Source: Comamonadaceae bacterium
Lineage (GTDB): Bacteria > Pseudomonadota > Gammaproteobacteria > Burkholderiales > Burkholderiaceae_C
Reading direction: 5' to 3'
DNA: 48,640 nt
Assembly: GCA_947454355.1 (NCBI GenBank)
Contig: CANGKR010000001.1
Coordinates: 1-48,640, forward strand
The notes under the pieces were generated by a model. That model searched no databases, was not told the DNA's origin, and worked only from the letters and a program-made list of their open reading frames with translations. The translations under genes were made by a program, and so were the position numbers. Shown piece after piece: positions 47,113 to 48,640 of this stretch (position 1 is the first letter of the stretch; each line of letters opens with the position of its first letter).

Positions 47113-47382
47113 TCATAGATTTCGGGCTGCGTGATGCAATCTCAAAATTTCAACATCGTCGCCACGCACGCGGTAAATGGCGATGTAGTTTTTGTGCAAG
47201 ACCAGCTCACGCGTGCCAGGGACTCGGCCAGCCCGGCCCATGCCAGGATGGGACTGAAGTTTGGTCACTGCGGGCTGCAACTCCAGTACAAAGCTGTTGG
47301 CACGGGTCGGGTTGTCTTTGGCGATGAAGCCAGCGATTTCATCCACAGACGCGAGCGCTGCCCTAGTCCACTTGATCAACAT
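47113..47382 (-). CDS. RelE/ParE family type II toxin
   Basis: W.A..D.I..FIA.DNP.A, HP.MGR.GRV.GTRELV, Y...YRV, EILR..H. Confidence 0.9.
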   Translation of the reverse strand: MLIKWTRAALASVDEIAGFIAKDNPTRANSFVLELQPAVTKLQSHPGMGRAGRVPGTRELVLHKNYIAIYRVRGDDVEILRLHHAARNL

Positions 47383-47385
47383 GGA

Positions 47386-47622
47386 TCAAGCGCCGTATTT
47401 GGCAAATACCGCTTTGACTTGCTTGTCGGTTGCGAATTCGCCTGCATCGGCTTCCTTGATGCCCTCGTGAATGTCACGAATCTGCCAGGATTCACTCTGT
47501 ACATAGTTGGTCAATGCTTCGATGGCCAAAAAGCTCTTGGTCCGTGCGGTCGCCTTGGCCAGCTCTTCGATCTGGTTGTAAAGCGCCTCGGGCAGGCGTA
47601 CGTTGATGGTTCTGGCGGTCAT
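47386..47622 (-). CDS. CopG/RHH antitoxin
   Basis: INVRLP...IEELA.AT.RTKSFL..EAL..Y, I.EGIKEADAG.F; immediately upstream of the toxin. Confidence 0.9.
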   Translation of the reverse strand: MTARTINVRLPEALYNQIEELAKATARTKSFLAIEALTNYVQSESWQIRDIHEGIKEADAGEFATDKQVKAVFAKYGA

Positions 47623-47643
47623 GGCGTAACACTTCTGTGCATG

Positions 47644-47665
47644 TGTAATACAGTGGATTATCCAC
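47644..47665. promoter_or_regulatory. Putative TA autoregulation operator
   Basis: Adjacent palindromes TGTAATACA and GTGGAT-T-ATCCAC about 20-40 bp upstream of the antitoxin ATG. Confidence 0.5.
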
Positions 47666-47730
47666 TTCACAAATCCAAAGGTCAAGGTGGGCAGCCTCTT
47701 CCCTGAGCAAGAGTCCTTAGGCCCAGGTAA

Positions 47731-47955
47731 TTAAGCCCAGGTGATCGAGCCTGAAATACGCAGTTCAGCCGAGCGCCGGATCGCCTGGTCCACCGCGCCC
47801 TGGCTGTTGAATTTCTTCACGTAGGCGGTAAAGGTTGCGTTGTTGCCGTTGGGCAAAATCAACTTGAAGCTCTTGGCCACACCGGTCACCAGCGCAGTCA
47901 TCAGAGCCAATTGGCCTGCAACGCTGTTGTCCTGGTAGACCTCAATGGCAAACAC
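47731..47955 (-). pseudogene. C-terminal fragment of a siphophage major tail-tube protein
   Basis: ...SFKLILPNGNNATFTAYVKKF..GAVDQ....AELRISGSITWA resembles tail-tube C-termini; 5' end cut at the terminator near 47960. Confidence 0.65.
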
Positions 47956-47968
47956 GCGCTAGTAGGCA

Positions 47969-48000
47969 AAAAAAAGCCAACCGGTTAGAGTTGGCTTTTC
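47969..48000. terminator. Bidirectional terminator-like hairpin
   Basis: AAAAAAGCCAAC-CGGTTAGA-GTTGGCTTTTC; similar to the 42072-42102 hairpin. Confidence 0.8.
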
Positions 48001-48006
48001 AGGTAT

Positions 48007-48065
48007 TGGTGGTGGGGTGCTACCAGAGGGCAAACGAACTGGGAATAGCAATCCCCGGTCCTGAC
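48007..48065. repeat. 59-bp imperfect direct repeat, copy 2 (att-like)
   Basis: TGGTGGTGGGGTGCTACCAGAGGGCAAACGAACTGGGAATAGCAATCCCCGGTCCTGAC. Confidence 0.9.
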
Positions 48066-48243
48066 TAGGCACAGCTAGGTAGTGCGAAATCGCTCGTCGT
48101 TTTCCAGTGACAACCTGCAAATTCAAGCCCCAATTTTGTTGGTTTGCGGACGGCGGTTCAAATCCGTAAAACACTATTGAAACAGCGACCACAGACTTCA
48201 ATTTTCCATTCAGCCCTGCTTGCCGGGCAGACCCCCCGCCTTG

Positions 48244-48281
48244 TTGACAACACCCCGCTCTTCTGATATCTTTAAGATATC
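48244..48281 (+). promoter_or_regulatory. Sigma70 promoter with overlapping palindromic operator
   Basis: TTGACA-N17-TATCTT; palindrome GATATCTT-T-AAGATATC (48265-48281); AAGGAG RBS follows. Confidence 0.75.
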
Positions 48282-48301
48282 TAACTTCAAAGGAGCCAGA
48301 A

Positions 48302-48583
48302 ATGAAAGCTGCAGCAGCCCAGATCGCTTTTCGTTATCGCCCGCAAGACAGCGCAACTGGCGTGACCCGCACAACGACCAAACGTCTGGCTGATGTATTG
48401 GGTGTTGACGAAACGCAAGTGATTCACCTAGCGCTGCATGAGCTGGCCACCAAGTTCCTGCCTCAATACGAGGCAGATGAGGGAGCTTTGACCAAAGCCC
48501 ATCTCAATCAAGTTAAAAAATCAGCCCCCAAGGCCAAAGGCGGCACTGTCCGCAGCAGTCTGTTTGAATTGGAAAACGCCTGA
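48302..48583 (+). CDS. Hypothetical protein, probable antitoxin
   Basis: Strong RBS, helix pattern LADVLGVDETQVIHLAL, TGATG coupling to the next ORF. Confidence 0.65.
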   Translation: MKAAAAQIAFRYRPQDSATGVTRTTTKRLADVLGVDETQVIHLALHELATKFLPQYEADEGALTKAHLNQVKKSAPKAKGGTVRSSLFELENA

Positions 48584-48640
48584 TGCGCTGGTGGCCGGAA
48601 CCCACGGCTGGCGAAATCGTCTGGTGCCATTTCCCTGACA
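48583..48640 (+). CDS. N-terminus of a probable PemK/MazF-like toxin (truncated by the window edge)
   Basis: MRWWPEPTAGEIVWCHFPD matches the P-x-x-G-[DE]-I-V-W-x-x-F-P start of PemK-like proteins; only 19 codons visible. Confidence 0.5.
   Translation, partial: MRWWPEPTAGEIVWCHFPD

Noticed and set aside
47012-48065. The 59-bp repeat as a CRISPR repeat, c-di-GMP-I riboswitch (GGCAAAC) or group II intron 3' end
   Set aside because: Only two copies about 1 kb apart and no cas genes; the riboswitch second stem and intron domain V (catalytic triad) are absent.
48146-48166. GCGGACGGCGGTTCAAATCCG, resembling a tmRNA/tRNA T-arm
   Set aside because: The stem breaks after CCG and no acceptor stem or CCA follows; at most a scar, not an RNA gene.
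47959-48201. 80-aa minus-strand ORF
   Set aside because: Runs through the repeat and terminator, has no motif, and is probably spurious.

Overview
48.6-kb chromosomal window from a betaproteobacterium. The gene set and protein style suggest Comamonadaceae, possibly a Limnohabitans-like freshwater lineage (inference). Most of 1-39 kb is housekeeping or metabolic: pepN, fbp, a family III CoA-transferase, an ArnT-like transferase, selD/mnmH, rfbA/rfbC, a DEAD-box helicase, dusC, c-type cytochromes, bktB and a MesD-like methionine synthase. The standout is a self-contained 8-gene signalling locus at 6141-12110. A minus-strand operon (FIST/NosP sensor, SpoIIE/PP2C phosphatase, SiaB-like kinase, SiaC-like switch, class III adenylate cyclase) is transcribed divergently from a plus-strand operon of two stand-alone cNMP-binding proteins and a eukaryote-type class I phosphodiesterase. 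It looks like a SiaABCD partner-switch rewired from c-di-GMP to cAMP, with its own receptors and eraser. The right end (about 39.1-48.6 kb) is accessory: SRAP, an arsR-arsC-aqp-arsH operon, a BigR/PDO/YeeE/DUF442/SulP persulfide cluster lacking SQR, two toxin-antitoxin modules, a phage tail-tube fragment and a 59-bp att-like direct repeat. No rRNA, intact tRNA, CRISPR array, transposase or integrase was seen. All family calls come from motif recognition by eye, not database searches.
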